Virus record (IMG/VR): IMGVR_UViG_3300042484_001840
Location: 81,043-145,042 of that record
Length of the DNA: 64,000 nucleotides
Strand: one strand, 5' to 3'
From: a virus
Shown here: positions 1 through 9,056 of the stretch, piece after piece
Layout of the letters: each line of letters opens with the position of its first letter
How positions within the stretch are numbered: position 1 is the stretch's first letter
Position numbers and translations under genes: made by a program
Notes under the pieces: model-generated
The model's input: the letters and a program-made list of their open reading frames with translations, nothing else
What the model was told of the DNA's origin: nothing
Databases searched by the model: none

Positions 1-266
1 GACTTGAATTTCTTACCGTCCACTTCAAGTTTGGTAACTTGCTTGAGAACGATAGGCGAGACAAGTTCGGTCAATGCCTTCAGGTTGTACTTGGGTCGCT
101 CACCATTGACGATGAGAACCTTTTGTCCGTCCACGACATTGAAGTTGAGTCCCTTTTCAGCGTAGGCAAGTTTCAAGTCTGCCTCTGCTTGGGCTTTAGC
201 CTTTTCAGCATTTTCCAATGCTTGCTTGGCATTCAAGTAGTTGAGAGTGATTTGTGTGAGATTCAT
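1..266 (-). CDS. hypothetical protein, runs off the left edge (MNLTQITLNYLNAKQALENAEKAK...)
   Basis: Read manually: ATG at 266, AAGGGA RBS, ACTACT leader, promoter TTGCAA(326-321)-17-TATAAT(303-298); frame open to the window edge. Confidence 0.8.
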   Translation of the reverse strand, partial: MNLTQITLNYLNAKQALENAEKAKAQAEADLKLAYAEKGLNFNVVDGQKVLIVNGERPKYNLKALTELVSPIVLKQVTKLEVDGKKFK

Positions 267-345
267 AATTTGTCCCTTTCAGTAGTGGTGTGTATTCATT
301 ATACAGGTTGTGCGTAACAATTGCAACCTTATTTCTAAATTATTT

Positions 346-573
346 TCAGAATTCGTATTCGTCGCCTGTTGATACCCAACAGATTTCGCCATCTTGAAAA
401 CCTTGGCGGTAAAGTTTGCCAAGAACAACAAGTAAGCCGTTAGAGATACTCCCCAACTTGCTTGTGATGTATTCCTCGGCGGTAGCGTCGGTACTAAACA
501 ACTCGTAATTAGTGGCAATGTAATCGCCGTGCATTTCTCCATAAAGAACCGCTTGAAAGAAATTCGTACTCAT
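346..573 (-). CDS. hypothetical early protein (75 aa)
   Basis: ORF with GAAGGG RBS and its own TTGTAA-17-TATACT promoter (638-610). Confidence 0.8.
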   Translation of the reverse strand: MSTNFFQAVLYGEMHGDYIATNYELFSTDATAEEYITSKLGSISNGLLVVLGKLYRQGFQDGEICWVSTGDEYEF

Positions 574-656
574 ATTGTGTCCCTTCGTTAGTAATTGCTT
601 GCGGAAATAAGTATATCAGGTGGGTGTATGAATTACAACATTATTACTTAGATTTA

Positions 657-722
657 TCAGATATTTTTCAGAACCATAGATAATGTTCCGAGTAGGTATA
701 GACCAACGAATAAGAGTCCCAT
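657..722 (-). CDS. 21-aa hydrophobic micropeptide MGLLFVGLYLLGTLSMVLKNI
   Basis: Below ORF-track cutoff; own promoter (780-752), CTACTAC leader and GAAGGA RBS. Confidence 0.6.
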   Translation of the reverse strand: MGLLFVGLYLLGTLSMVLKNI

Positions 723-905
723 AGTAATCCTTCTGTAGTAGGTGAAATATAAGTATACAGGTTGGGTGTAAGAATTACAACCTTATTTATGTTACAGAAT
801 GATTACAATAATTGTAACAGAAATGTTATATTAAAATGTTGTATTTGTTACACAGAAGTGCTATACTTATATTCGTAAGTTACTACTACCGAAAAGGACA
901 AAACT

Positions 906-1103
906 ATGGAAGCGAAATGTTGCGCCGATAAGCCGATGCTAGAAGTTTATGGTTACGAGGGTTGTGCGGATTGTTACGATAAATGGTGCGAGGGCGAACT
1001 TATCGCCTATGAAGATTTACGCCGTGCAGAGTTCGCAAACTCTTGGGTGATTGGTGGCGGTTACGCCTCAGACGCTGATCTCGCTTACGAACAGTTTGCG
1101 TGA
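906..1103 (+). CDS. small Cys-containing acidic protein
   Basis: Promoter TTGTAT(839)-17-TATACT(862), ACTACTAC leader, AAGGA RBS. Confidence 0.8.
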   Translation: MEAKCCADKPMLEVYGYEGCADCYDKWCEGELIAYEDLRRAEFANSWVIGGGYASDADLAYEQFA

Positions 1104-1256
1104 TGGCGAGTCCCACTGCTGAAAGGCGGTGGGACAACCACTTAGTCCCGCTTGGGCAGTCTCATCCGCCACCGTCATTCATTGGGAGCGCGCGTGCGGG
1201 GCTATCTCGGTATACCCCACCCCTAAAGCCCCGTATCCCCCAAAAATTTCTGGGGG

Positions 1257-1288
1257 TTATCCACAGGCTGGGGATAACCTGTGGATAA
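1257..1288. promoter_or_regulatory. DnaA-box cluster A (3 boxes)
   Basis: TTATCCACA 1257, TGGGGATAA 1269, TGTGGATAA 1280. Confidence 0.85.
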
Positions 1289-1298
1289 CTTTGACCCG

Positions 1299-1475
1299 TC
1301 AGCAAGCCCCCTCACAATACTCGCAAGTGGTCTCGTCAACTTCGTGACAGCCATTCCAGCCTTCGTCAACTTTGTTGTTGTCGGCGCAATACTGTATGCG
1401 ACACCAGTCAGAACAGAAAACAATTCTGTCAACGATGTCGCCACTCTTATCTTCAATCAAAAGTAGGTGAGCCAT
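1299..1475 (-). CDS. 58-aa Cys-rich acidic protein (MAHLLLIEDKSGDIVDRIVFCSDWC...CEYCEGAC)
   Basis: Read manually; promoter 1541-1513, ACTACTAC leader, GAAGGG RBS. Confidence 0.75.
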   Translation of the reverse strand: MAHLLLIEDKSGDIVDRIVFCSDWCRIQYCADNNKVDEGWNGCHEVDETTCEYCEGAC

Positions 1476-1605
1476 TATTTTGTCCCTTCGGTAGTAGTGC
1501 CTTACCTTATCTATTATAGCAGGCGGGTGTAGAAATTACAACTCGATTTGTTAAATTTATTTAGAACTTTGGGGGCGGACTTTCGCCCGCCCCCAACGCT
1601 CATGA

Positions 1606-1893
1606 TCAGGCTTCGCACTCGCAGTCGTAGTGGAGTTCTTCGCACCAACCGCAGTGGTCACGATCCCACTCTTCGTCTTCGTCTTCTTCGTCCTGAATGT
1701 CAAAAGACACCCAAGCCATGACGGTACGAAGCAAGTGGTCGTAATCGCCAGCAGTGGCGTTCTGAGTGAACTCAGCGATTACTTCCCGTGATACGCCGTG
1801 ATTACGGAGCGCACCACAAACTCTTGCGATAATGCTGAACGCATTACCGTCCTGCCCGACGAGCAGAACCGAAACTTCAGGATACTTAACCAT
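1606..1893 (-). CDS. conserved small phage protein (GxDGNAF...GDYDHLL motif) with acidic/Cys tail
   Basis: Recognisable phage motif; own promoter and RBS. Confidence 0.8.
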   Translation of the reverse strand: MVKYPEVSVLLVGQDGNAFSIIARVCGALRNHGVSREVIAEFTQNATAGDYDHLLRTVMAWVSFDIQDEEDEDEEWDRDHCGWCEELHYDCECEA

Positions 1894-2066
1894 AATTTGT
1901 CCCTTCGTTAGTAGTTTTTCCTTACCTGATAAGTATAGCAGATAGGTGTAACAACTACACCATTGTAGAGCGTGTCATTTGTCACATAAGATTTATTCGT
2001 AAAAGTGTGTAAATGCTACACCCACCTGCTATAATATATATATCACCTACTACGAAAGGAAAAAAT

Positions 2067-2399
2067 ATGATTTGGAAAGCAAAAGCCTCCGACATTATTG
2101 ACCACCTTGTTTACTCAGGGGCAGACACCTATGAGTGGTATCACGAACTCACCGAAACCAAAGACGGACAAATTGTCTGTACGATGGAAACGGGCGAGTA
2201 CGACGATGAGTCTGAACCGTTGACAGCGAGTGTTGCGTTCTCCCCCACTCACGCCTTGACAGTCGCCAATGCGATTATCAAGGGACAGGGAGCGGGTTGG
2301 CGCACCGTTCAGTCAGCAGTCGCTAATGACGACTTTGACTCCGATGCCGCGGACATCGTTCTCCAGCACATCGTGCTGAGCGACTTGGTGTTCGGCTGA
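2067..2399 (+). CDS. acidic hypothetical protein (MIWKAK...)
   Basis: Start moved to the ATG after GAAAGGA RBS; promoter GTGTAA(2007)-17-TATAAT(2030). Confidence 0.8.
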   Translation: MIWKAKASDIIDHLVYSGADTYEWYHELTETKDGQIVCTMETGEYDDESEPLTASVAFSPTHALTVANAIIKGQGAGWRTVQSAVANDDFDSDAADIVLQHIVLSDLVFG

Positions 2400-2437
2400 G
2401 ACTTCAGGGCGGGGGAGGGAAACCTCCCCCAAGACCC

Positions 2438-2481
2438 TGTGGATAACCTTTTCCACAGCCTGTGGATAACCCTGTGGATAA
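2438..2481. promoter_or_regulatory. DnaA-box cluster B (4 boxes)
   Basis: TGTGGATAA 2438, 2461, 2473; TTTTCCACA 2449. Confidence 0.88.
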
Positions 2482-2596
2482 CTTTCCCGATAGCCCCGTA
2501 TACAAAGTGCGGGTGCGGGACTGTCACGATAAATAGTCGTGGAAATTCTTGAATTGAAAAAACGGGAAGCGGGGCTAACAAACTAAATAGCAGGGG

Positions 2597-2764
2597 TCAA
2601 GCCCCTGCCACACTAGTCACTCGGTCCACGAGAACCCGCAAATCCAACAGAATGTCTGTCATTTTGCCCGCCTCGGCAATACTGACTCCCCGCAAATCAC
2701 GGAGAGTCTCGTCAATGAGGTTATATATTTCCTCGGTTGGCGTGAGTAAATTTAACTGACTCAT
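2597..2764 (-). CDS. 55-aa hypothetical protein (MSQLNLLTPTEE...)
   Basis: Read manually; ATGA overlap with the upstream gene stop. Confidence 0.65.
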   Translation of the reverse strand: MSQLNLLTPTEEIYNLIDETLRDLRGVSIAEAGKMTDILLDLRVLVDRVTSVAGA

Positions 2765-3153
2765 ACTGTCGCCCCTTCCTTGATCTTGGCTAGTTGTTCG
2801 GCACGAATTGCGTTTACTTCCTCGGCTGAGAATACCTTACCGAACACGCTCAACATGGTACGAATGTCGTCGTCCACGCCCGTAGTGTTACCTTCCTCGT
2901 CGTACCCTGCGATAACAGCAGGTCCGACAAGTCGGTAACCTTCGCCAGCCAAAGTAGAAGCGAACTCGTTTAAGGCGAAGTCAGAACGGAATAAACCTTC
3001 CTCGTTCAACCACAAGTCAAGACCGTTCACCAATTGAACGCTCTCAATGAGTCCCTGAACGAGACTCTGGAGAAACTCCAAAGACTTTTGACCTTCGGGC
3101 TTCTGAACAATGTACGGCGAACCGTCTAAATCGTTGATGTAAATGACTTGCAT
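2761..3153 (-). CDS. DUF3846-like protein
   Basis: LQxLVxGxIE...LWLNEEG...LVGPAVI motif. Confidence 0.75.
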   Translation of the reverse strand: MQVIYINDLDGSPYIVQKPEGQKSLEFLQSLVQGLIESVQLVNGLDLWLNEEGLFRSDFALNEFASTLAGEGYRLVGPAVIAGYDEEGNTTGVDDDIRTMLSVFGKVFSAEEVNAIRAEQLAKIKEGATV

Positions 3154-3245
3154 AATTAGTCCCTTTCGTAGTAGTGTTTATATATTATAGCCTTGTGGGG
3201 CAGGAAAGTCAAATCCTGCCCCACAATTATTTCATTTCTTTAGGC

Positions 3246-3434
3246 TCAGACCGTGACCTTGCGTGCCTTGCGTCGCGCGCGGACATTGCGGATCTCTGCG
3301 CGAAGTGATGCGGTGAGTCCAGCCTTGATCCAAATGGCGGTTATCAAAGAAGCGTTGATCATAACCAGCAAGCCTCTGATGACTTCCAAAGTGTAATCCG
3401 AGAGAGTGAAGTTGATAGTGTATTGAGCAATCAT
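3246..3434 (-). CDS. small membrane protein with basic C-terminus
   Basis: One hydrophobic segment; promoter 3492-3464; RBS. Confidence 0.7.
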   Translation of the reverse strand: MIAQYTINFTLSDYTLEVIRGLLVMINASLITAIWIKAGLTASLRAEIRNVRARRKARKVTV

Positions 3435-3588
3435 TTTGTGCCTTTCGTAGTAGGTATGAGATAAGTATAGCGACTTTGTGTAACTTTTACAACCTTCTAG
3501 TAAGTGTCATTTGTCACACTACTCAATGTTGTAATTTCTACACAGACTCGCTATAATATACTTGTACACAACTACTAAAGGAGAAAAT

Positions 3589-3822
3589 ATGCTCAGCACC
3601 AAAATTGGAAATAGTGACTGGTACTTCGTTCTCAACAACGGAGCGACTCGCAAGTTCTCAGTTCAGTTTCTCGGCAGACGACGAGGAGACGACAAGCGAG
3701 ACATCGTGACATTCCGTGAAGGTGCGCCACACTACGAGGCGTACACGACCGAGACGGGCAAAGCAATTCCGAAGTTTGTCGCAAAAGCAATTTGGGAAGC
3801 AATGGAAAAGTCCCCCGCCTGA
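3589..3822 (+). CDS. hypothetical protein (MLSTKIG...)
   Basis: Promoter TTGTAA(3529)-17-TATAAT(3552), AAGGAG RBS. Confidence 0.8.
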   Translation: MLSTKIGNSDWYFVLNNGATRKFSVQFLGRRRGDDKRDIVTFREGAPHYEAYTTETGKAIPKFVAKAIWEAMEKSPA

Positions 3823-4003
3823 CAAGCGGGGGAAACCCTTTAGCCCCGTTGGATATATGCGTGCGTGGAAAGTTTTGACGCTTCTCTTCCGCCACCGTCA
3901 ATAGTAGGGAACACAGGGGCGGGGCTGTCACCCCTAAATAGGGGTGTTCAGGGGGCGTACCTCACGATACGCCCCCTTCGGGTGGCCAAACTCGCCACTC
4001 GCC

Positions 4004-4450
4004 TCACTCCTCGTTGAACAAGTCGTTCAGCATTTGCGTTTCTAAGTTCCGCATACTAGAACTTTCCACGATGTCACTAACCATCTTGCCTAGGTCAAAG
4101 CCCGCTTCTGCGAGTTCTGCTAGAAGTTCCTCAGACGGTTCTTCCTCAACTTCGGCGTAGTGTTGTTGCTTCTCGTCGTCGCTCATCGCTTGGATACTGC
4201 GGTCATAGCCAACCCAATTCCCAATGTTTGAGTACTCGTCTAGTTGCTCGTGAGTAAGATTGAACTCACGCATAACACGCTCGGTCATGACCGATGAAGG
4301 TATGCCTTCACCTAACTCCACGCTTCGCTTAGCGTTCTCTATGAGAAGGCTCGTACGGTAGTTACAAAGCCGTACGAAGTGGTCAGGGTAGTAGAACGAT
4401 ACTCCATTGGGGAATTCGCTATCAGGGAAAAAATCGGACTTGGTAATCAT
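4004..4450 (-). CDS. acidic hypothetical protein
   Basis: ORF; start after GAAAGGA RBS. Confidence 0.75.
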   Translation of the reverse strand: MITKSDFFPDSEFPNGVSFYYPDHFVRLCNYRTSLLIENAKRSVELGEGIPSSVMTERVMREFNLTHEQLDEYSNIGNWVGYDRSIQAMSDDEKQQHYAEVEEEPSEELLAELAEAGFDLGKMVSDIVESSSMRNLETQMLNDLFNEE

Positions 4451-4466
4451 TAGTAATCCTTTCGGG

Positions 4467-4694
4467 TCAGAGGTCTGGTAAGTAATCAAATTCTACGGTT
4501 GTCTCCCAAGAGATATCTTTCATTTCCCAACCGTAGTGGTAGCGAAGGTTCTTGGTTGCCATGTCAATGGCGACTTCTGTTAGTTGGTCATTATCCAAGT
4601 TGGTGAATGACGGCTCCTCTAAATCTATCTCAACAAAGTGAGTCAGAGAAAAGAAATCTCCAACAAAGGTGACATTACAACTTGCGTGCTTCAT
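4467..4694 (-). CDS. hypothetical protein
   Basis: ORF with GAAAGGA RBS and ACTAC leader. Confidence 0.75.
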   Translation of the reverse strand: MKHASCNVTFVGDFFSLTHFVEIDLEEPSFTNLDNDQLTEVAIDMATKNLRYHYGWEMKDISWETTVEFDYLPDL

Positions 4695-4737
4695 AGTAAT
4701 CCTTTCGGTTGTAGTTGGTATGGGGTGAAGTTGGGGG

Positions 4738-5253
4738 TCAGACCCCCAACTCCTCGGCTAGTTGCTTCTGAGTCTTACCTAGGTGCTTCTTAGCGCACAC
4801 AGGGCCGACTCCGACACGATGACCGTAGCCATCCTTGTCGTCTAGTTCGGCACTACAGAACAAACAAACGCCCGTACGCACGCCGTACTCCATAGCGACG
4901 AGTGCGGTGACCTTTTCGGTTGGCGAGAGCAGGGAGATCGCTCCACGCTCGTAAATCCAACCGCTTTCGCCACGACGCATTGCGTAGAGATTGCCACCTT
5001 CGGATTGCTTCACCTTGTAGATCAAGTGACCGACGAGGTAGAAACCGACTTCGGTAACCTTCTCGGCAGGCTTGACTTCCGTAGCAGGCTTAGCCATAAC
5101 CTTGGCGAACATTGAACGGATAGCCTTTTCTTGCGCTTCGCTCAATGCGCCCTTGTTCTCAAAAGTCTTAGCGATTGAGATTGCGAACGCACTCCACTGT
5201 TGGGCTTTCGCCCATTCAATGACGGAAGTAATCGGGGTCAATGTGGTAGTCAT
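4738..5253 (-). CDS. DUF6011-like zinc-ribbon protein
   Basis: C-terminal CxxC...L...GxGPVC motif; promoter 5315-5287. Confidence 0.75.
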   Translation of the reverse strand: MTTTLTPITSVIEWAKAQQWSAFAISIAKTFENKGALSEAQEKAIRSMFAKVMAKPATEVKPAEKVTEVGFYLVGHLIYKVKQSEGGNLYAMRRGESGWIYERGAISLLSPTEKVTALVAMEYGVRTGVCLFCSAELDDKDGYGHRVGVGPVCAKKHLGKTQKQLAEELGV

Positions 5254-5328
5254 AATTTCTCCTTAGTAGTAGTGGTGATAAATACAAGTATACAGCAGGG
5301 GTGTATGAATTACAACCCCTGCCTCGGC

Positions 5329-5451
5329 TCACCAAGTTGGTGGCCGACCGATGAAGTTGCCATCGGAGTCGTAGCAACCATTGTCGGGGTCAAGGTAGCC
5401 CTGAGCGTCGTAGCGGTCAGGATCGTTGTAGTCGTCATGATCGTTATTCAT
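5329..5451 (-). CDS. 40-aa Asp/Tyr-rich peptide (MNNDHDDYNDPDRYDAQG...)
   Basis: Read manually; promoter 5512-5484, ACTACTAC leader, AAGGGG RBS. Confidence 0.7.
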   Translation of the reverse strand: MNNDHDDYNDPDRYDAQGYLDPDNGCYDSDGNFIGRPPTW

Positions 5452-5533
5452 AATTTCCCCTTTGTAGTAGTTGGTATTTAATAAGTATACAGGCTTCGTG
5501 TAAGAATTACAACCTTATTCGCAAGATTATTGG

Positions 5534-5549
5534 TGTGACATTGGTCACA
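5534..5549. promoter_or_regulatory. perfect CRP/GlxR-type site TGTGA-N6-TCACA (related sites at 1972, 3504, 6228, 10419, 11571, 21818)
   Basis: GTG-N8-CAC palindromes just upstream of -35 boxes. Confidence 0.7.
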
Positions 5550-5774
5550 GGCCAGTCGTCTGGGGGCTTGGGGGTCGTCGGCCGGGTTTGGGGAGTTTGG
5601 CCACCCTGCTTCGGAGGCATTTAGTCCCGCTTGGTTATGGCGAGTTTCCCGTGTTTGTCGCAAGCCCCGCAGGTGAAAACGGCAAAGCGGAGATGCGGGG
5701 CTAGTGGTGGTTTTCGGATTAGCAATTATATGTAAGGGGTGGGGCAGGGTTTCCCCCGCCCCACCATGCCCCTG

Positions 5775-6143
5775 TCACCACACAGGAGTAAATCGTCGCT
5801 CGTCGGCGTTGTAAGCGTGTTCGTAGTGAGTGCCTTTATTCTCAAGGTTACGAACTTCAATTTCTTGAACGAGACGCTTGGCAATTGCGCTGAAGTTCAA
5901 GCCATCAGTGCCTGCCACCATTCGCTTGCGTCGGTGGGCGATAACCGAAGCGGTAACCAATTCCGAACGCTTGAGTGCGTTCTCGTCGGCGTACACCTTC
6001 GTTACTGCGTCGGCTACTTGTTGGTAATCCCAACAGGCGTTGTACATTCCGCCGAGCAGTGTAATTAAATCAAATCGTGACGGAAGTGAATAGTAATCGC
6101 CCTGTAATTTGGTGGGCTTATTCTTATGCCATTTGGTAAGCAT
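5775..6143 (-). CDS. hypothetical protein
   Basis: Promoter 6206-6178; GAAAGGA RBS. Confidence 0.8.
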   Translation of the reverse strand: MLTKWHKNKPTKLQGDYYSLPSRFDLITLLGGMYNACWDYQQVADAVTKVYADENALKRSELVTASVIAHRRKRMVAGTDGLNFSAIAKRLVQEIEVRNLENKGTHYEHAYNADERRFTPVW

Positions 6144-6316
6144 ATTTTTTCCTTTCGTAGTAGTGGTTATGAATATAAGTATACACCTTCTGTGTAGGAA
6201 TTACAACTTCTAGCGTCAAATAATTGTGTGACAAATGACACTAGGCAGAACTGTGTAAATGCTACACCCACCTGCTATACTTGTATATGTAAGGAAAACC
6301 TACCGAAAGGAATACT

Positions 6317-6499
6317 ATGAATAACGCAGAATTGTTCGTGTGGAATGAAATTGAAGAGGGCTTCATTCGTGAGTATGGAATTGAAGACGGTATACGAGTG
6401 TGCGATTACGCACAGCGTGTATATTACAGGAGTGGCAAGATGACCCTAGCCGTCAAGGCGGCAACGGAATGGGCTAGCAGAATGAGAATGGGAGTCTGA
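6317..6499 (+). CDS. small helical protein, probable paralogue of 8333-8512 and 11332-11499
   Basis: Shared ExLIRxYG/HG..G.RI pattern; promoter 6253-6281. Confidence 0.75.
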   Translation: MNNAELFVWNEIEEGFIREYGIEDGIRVCDYAQRVYYRSGKMTLAVKAATEWASRMRMGV

Positions 6500-6500
6500 T

Positions 6501-6701
6501 ATGGCAAGTGTTTCAGTAAGCGGTGTCGCCCTACTAGGTAAGACAACGGCAGTAGGTTCTCATATAGATTTACGAGAACGCCTAGCCTACCTAGAGGGCG
6601 TTCTCAGCGGGCTAGAGAACGCTGGAGTAGTTCTGCCTACGGGAGACTACGAGACGCTCTACAGGACGCTCAAAGATACCAAAGAATTTCTTTACGAATA
6701 A
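6501..6701 (+). CDS. hypothetical protein
   Basis: ORF directly coupled to the upstream gene, GGAG RBS. Confidence 0.7.
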   Translation: MASVSVSGVALLGKTTAVGSHIDLRERLAYLEGVLSGLENAGVVLPTGDYETLYRTLKDTKEFLYE

Positions 6702-6766
6702 CTTGACATTCCTACACCTAGGGTGTATAATATACCTATAACGAAAACTAACCGAAAGGACTACTA

Positions 6767-6937
6767 ATGGCTACCGTTCCCAACTACGAAATTGAACGAC
6801 TAAATGAGTTTGTCGCAGAAATTGAAATTGCGATTAAGGAACACGGTTACGCATATGCGTACGGTGCGACAATGTTCAACTTGAAGTCTTTGCTCAACCA
6901 AATTACCCGTGAGCCAGCACCTTGGGAGAACCTATGA
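6767..6937 (+). CDS. 56-aa hypothetical protein (MATVPNYEIERL...)
   Basis: Read manually; perfect TTGACA(6703)-17-TATAAT(6726) promoter; GAAAGGA RBS. Confidence 0.75.
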   Translation: MATVPNYEIERLNEFVAEIEIAIKEHGYAYAYGATMFNLKSLLNQITREPAPWENL

Positions 6938-7056
6938 AATACAAATGGAATGAACTAGAAAAGTTCGCCTTCGCCACGCAGAAGTTGCGGGCGAACCGAA
7001 TTCCTGACAAGAAAAAAGAGTCAAACCGAAAAGCGTGTAGGAAGCGAGACTACTGA
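6934..7056 (+). CDS. 40-aa basic peptide (MKYKWNELEKF...IPDKKKESNRKACRKRDY)
   Basis: Read manually; ATGA overlap, GGAG RBS. Confidence 0.65.
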   Translation: MKYKWNELEKFAFATQKLRANRIPDKKKESNRKACRKRDY

Positions 7057-7322
7057 GTCTCGCCAACTACTCCGCTAGCCCCGCCCTCATCTTGAGCGTG
7101 CGGGGCTTTTGCTTTCCATAAACCAATTGGACATTCTGCATTGGACAGGGTTGTCTTCAATGGCATGAAGCACCCGCAAATTCCGCAAGTGCTTAGACGC
7201 TTACTGAAGTGGTCACAGCCCCGACAGATGTCTAAGCGTTCTTTTCGTTCCAAGCGGGTCAAGCGGGGGATTGACGGGCGTAGTAAATCCGTGAATTGCG
7301 CAGGAGATTGTTCTTCGTTCAT
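7050..7322 (-). CDS. DUF6171-like Cys-rich protein
   Basis: RLxICxxC...CxxCGCFM..K.......CPxGxW; TACAAT 6 nt before ATG (leaderless). Confidence 0.75.
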   Translation of the reverse strand: MNEEQSPAQFTDLLRPSIPRLTRLERKERLDICRGCDHFSKRLSTCGICGCFMPLKTTLSNAECPIGLWKAKAPHAQDEGGASGVVGETQ

Positions 7323-7392
7323 ACGCTAATTGTATCCACGGAAGTATACCTAAGGGGTATGACATAGTTGCCCATGCCATACCCCTTGATTA

Positions 7393-7746
7393 TCACAATT
7401 GGATAAACCTACCCAATTTGAATATCTGCTGGATAAGTGCGCCCCATGAGCAGTAGTAGTGCATGACTACCAATTTCTTGCTCGCTGGGTAATACTTGCC
7501 CGTACCCCAAGTATCTGTCTTAGTGGGGTTCTCGCCTTGATTAACAGCATACGGTTGATTGAGTGCCACTCCGCAACAGGAACAGGGTAGTGAACCAAAT
7601 TCGCCATCAAGGGCTAAGTGGATCATCTGCATGTTGCGCTTACGCTTCATGCCTTGGCGGAGTGCTTCAAGCGTGTCTGCTTCGGCGTATGCCTTAGCAC
7701 CGTGTTCCCACGGTTTACGGTAAGCGGGTTTAGTAATGGTAGTCAT
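7393..7746 (-). CDS. hypothetical protein (MTTITKPAYRK...)
   Basis: GAGG RBS; promoter 7804-7776. Confidence 0.75.
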   Translation of the reverse strand: MTTITKPAYRKPWEHGAKAYAEADTLEALRQGMKRKRNMQMIHLALDGEFGSLPCSCCGVALNQPYAVNQGENPTKTDTWGTGKYYPASKKLVVMHYYCSWGALIQQIFKLGRFIQL

Positions 7747-8145
7747 TAGTAGTCCTCTCAGTAGTTGTAAATATAAGTATACAGGAGAAGTGTAACAATT
7801 ACAACATTGCATAGTATGACAATTGTCACTATCGGTATTGCGCCTAATTACTTATGAGTATATTATACACGATAGGTGAATGAATGTCAAGTATTTACAC
7901 AAAATAATTTATTATATTTAGTTTTATAAATAATATCTATAATATATAAATGTCTTCCGCCACCGTCAATAGTAGAAGCGCTTAGCCCCGTTCATTTTTT
8001 GGCAAATTTATATCATTTCTACCAATTTCATATCAGTTCGGGTGCGGGGCTGTCAGCCTTCTGAAATACTTTGTAATACAAGGTGATACAGGGAATTACT
8101 GCGTGCGGGGCTAATAGTTTTCTTTCCCGCCAATCAAGTCGCCCC

Positions 8146-8250
8146 TCATTCCATCAAATCTTTAAAATCATCCCAAAACAGAGCGACAATAATTCCCGCA
8201 ACCATTCCAAGCGCCCCAAGTCCAATCAAAAAGTCGTTTAGCAATTCCAT
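8146..8250 (-). CDS. 34-aa single-pass membrane peptide (MELLNDFLIGLGALG...)
   Basis: AAGGAG RBS, ACTACTAC leader, TATAAT at 8290-8285. Confidence 0.7.
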   Translation of the reverse strand: MELLNDFLIGLGALGMVAGIIVALFWDDFKDLME

Positions 8251-8295
8251 AATTTCTCCTTTGTAGTAGTTGGTTACATAGACAATTATACAGGA

Positions 8296-8326
8296 GGGGT
8301 GTGGCAGAGTTTCCCCTGCCACCCCC
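8296..8326 (-). terminator. GC hairpin fused to the downstream -10 (repeat family also at about 8563-8595, 9013-9044, 11293-11322)
   Basis: GGGGTGTGGCAGAG..CTGCCACCCC inverted repeat just after the upstream stop codon. Confidence 0.65.
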
Positions 8327-8332
8327 AAGCGA

Positions 8333-8512
8333 TCAGTAGACCGCTCGCTCTCGGCGTTCCCACTCAATCGCATTGGCGACTGCCTTGGCAATCCCCTTGG
8401 CGGTTTGGCTATGAGTACGACTGGCTCGTTCACCAATTCGCAACCCTCGCTCTAACCCGTACTGGCGGATTAGGTTTTCGTGGATCTCATCCCATAAGAA
8501 TTTGGTATTCAT
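8333..8512 (-). CDS. small helical protein (MNTKFLWDEIHENLIRQYG...)
   Basis: GGGAG RBS; -10 at 8557-8552; paralogue of 6317-6499. Confidence 0.75.
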   Translation of the reverse strand: MNTKFLWDEIHENLIRQYGLERGLRIGERASRTHSQTAKGIAKAVANAIEWERRERAVY

Positions 8513-8600
8513 ATTTTCTCCCTTAGTAGTGGTGACTTCCTTACATATATAAGTATACACAAGGGGTGTGGCAGAGTTCCCTCCGCCACGCCCCCAGCGA

Positions 8601-8966
8601 TCAGTAATCCTCATCCTCATCGTCCTCGTCCTCTTGGCTGAGAAACTCCTCATCGTCCATCCATTCGCCCTGCCCGATGAGACTCACGAAACCTGCGTTG
8701 GGGTTCTCGTGGTTGGTTGTGACTGCGTTGATGAACTTCAGACCACACGACTCGTCCCACCAAACTTTGAGCGTGGTGAGCATTTCCTCAGAAGTGCCCT
8801 CAAAAGTGCGGTCATCGCAGTGAACGCCGTTATAGTTCTCACGGAACCAGCCCGCCTGCTCCTCGTCCATTGCGAGGTAGATTTTGTGGCAACCGTCCCA
8901 AGCGATAAGGAGAGCGCCCTCAAGAGCGTCCTCAACTGGGTCAAATAAATTGTCTAAGGTTTTCAT
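8601..8966 (-). CDS. acidic hypothetical protein (WDGCHKIY motif)
   Basis: ORF, RBS, -10 at 9008-9003. Confidence 0.8.
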   Translation of the reverse strand: MKTLDNLFDPVEDALEGALLIAWDGCHKIYLAMDEEQAGWFRENYNGVHCDDRTFEGTSEEMLTTLKVWWDESCGLKFINAVTTNHENPNAGFVSLIGQGEWMDDEEFLSQEDEDDEDEDY

Positions 8967-9056
8967 AGTTTGTCCCTTTCAGTAGTTGTTGCTTACTTAG
9001 TAATTATACACAAGGGGTGTGGCAGAGTTTCCTCCGCCACCCCCTGACGCTTGAGA

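Noticed and set aside
1100-1466. ORFs 1100-1288, 1129-1347, 1223-1456, 1281-1466
   Set aside because: The promoter/RBS-supported frame is 1475-1299; the others cross DnaA boxes or are antisense
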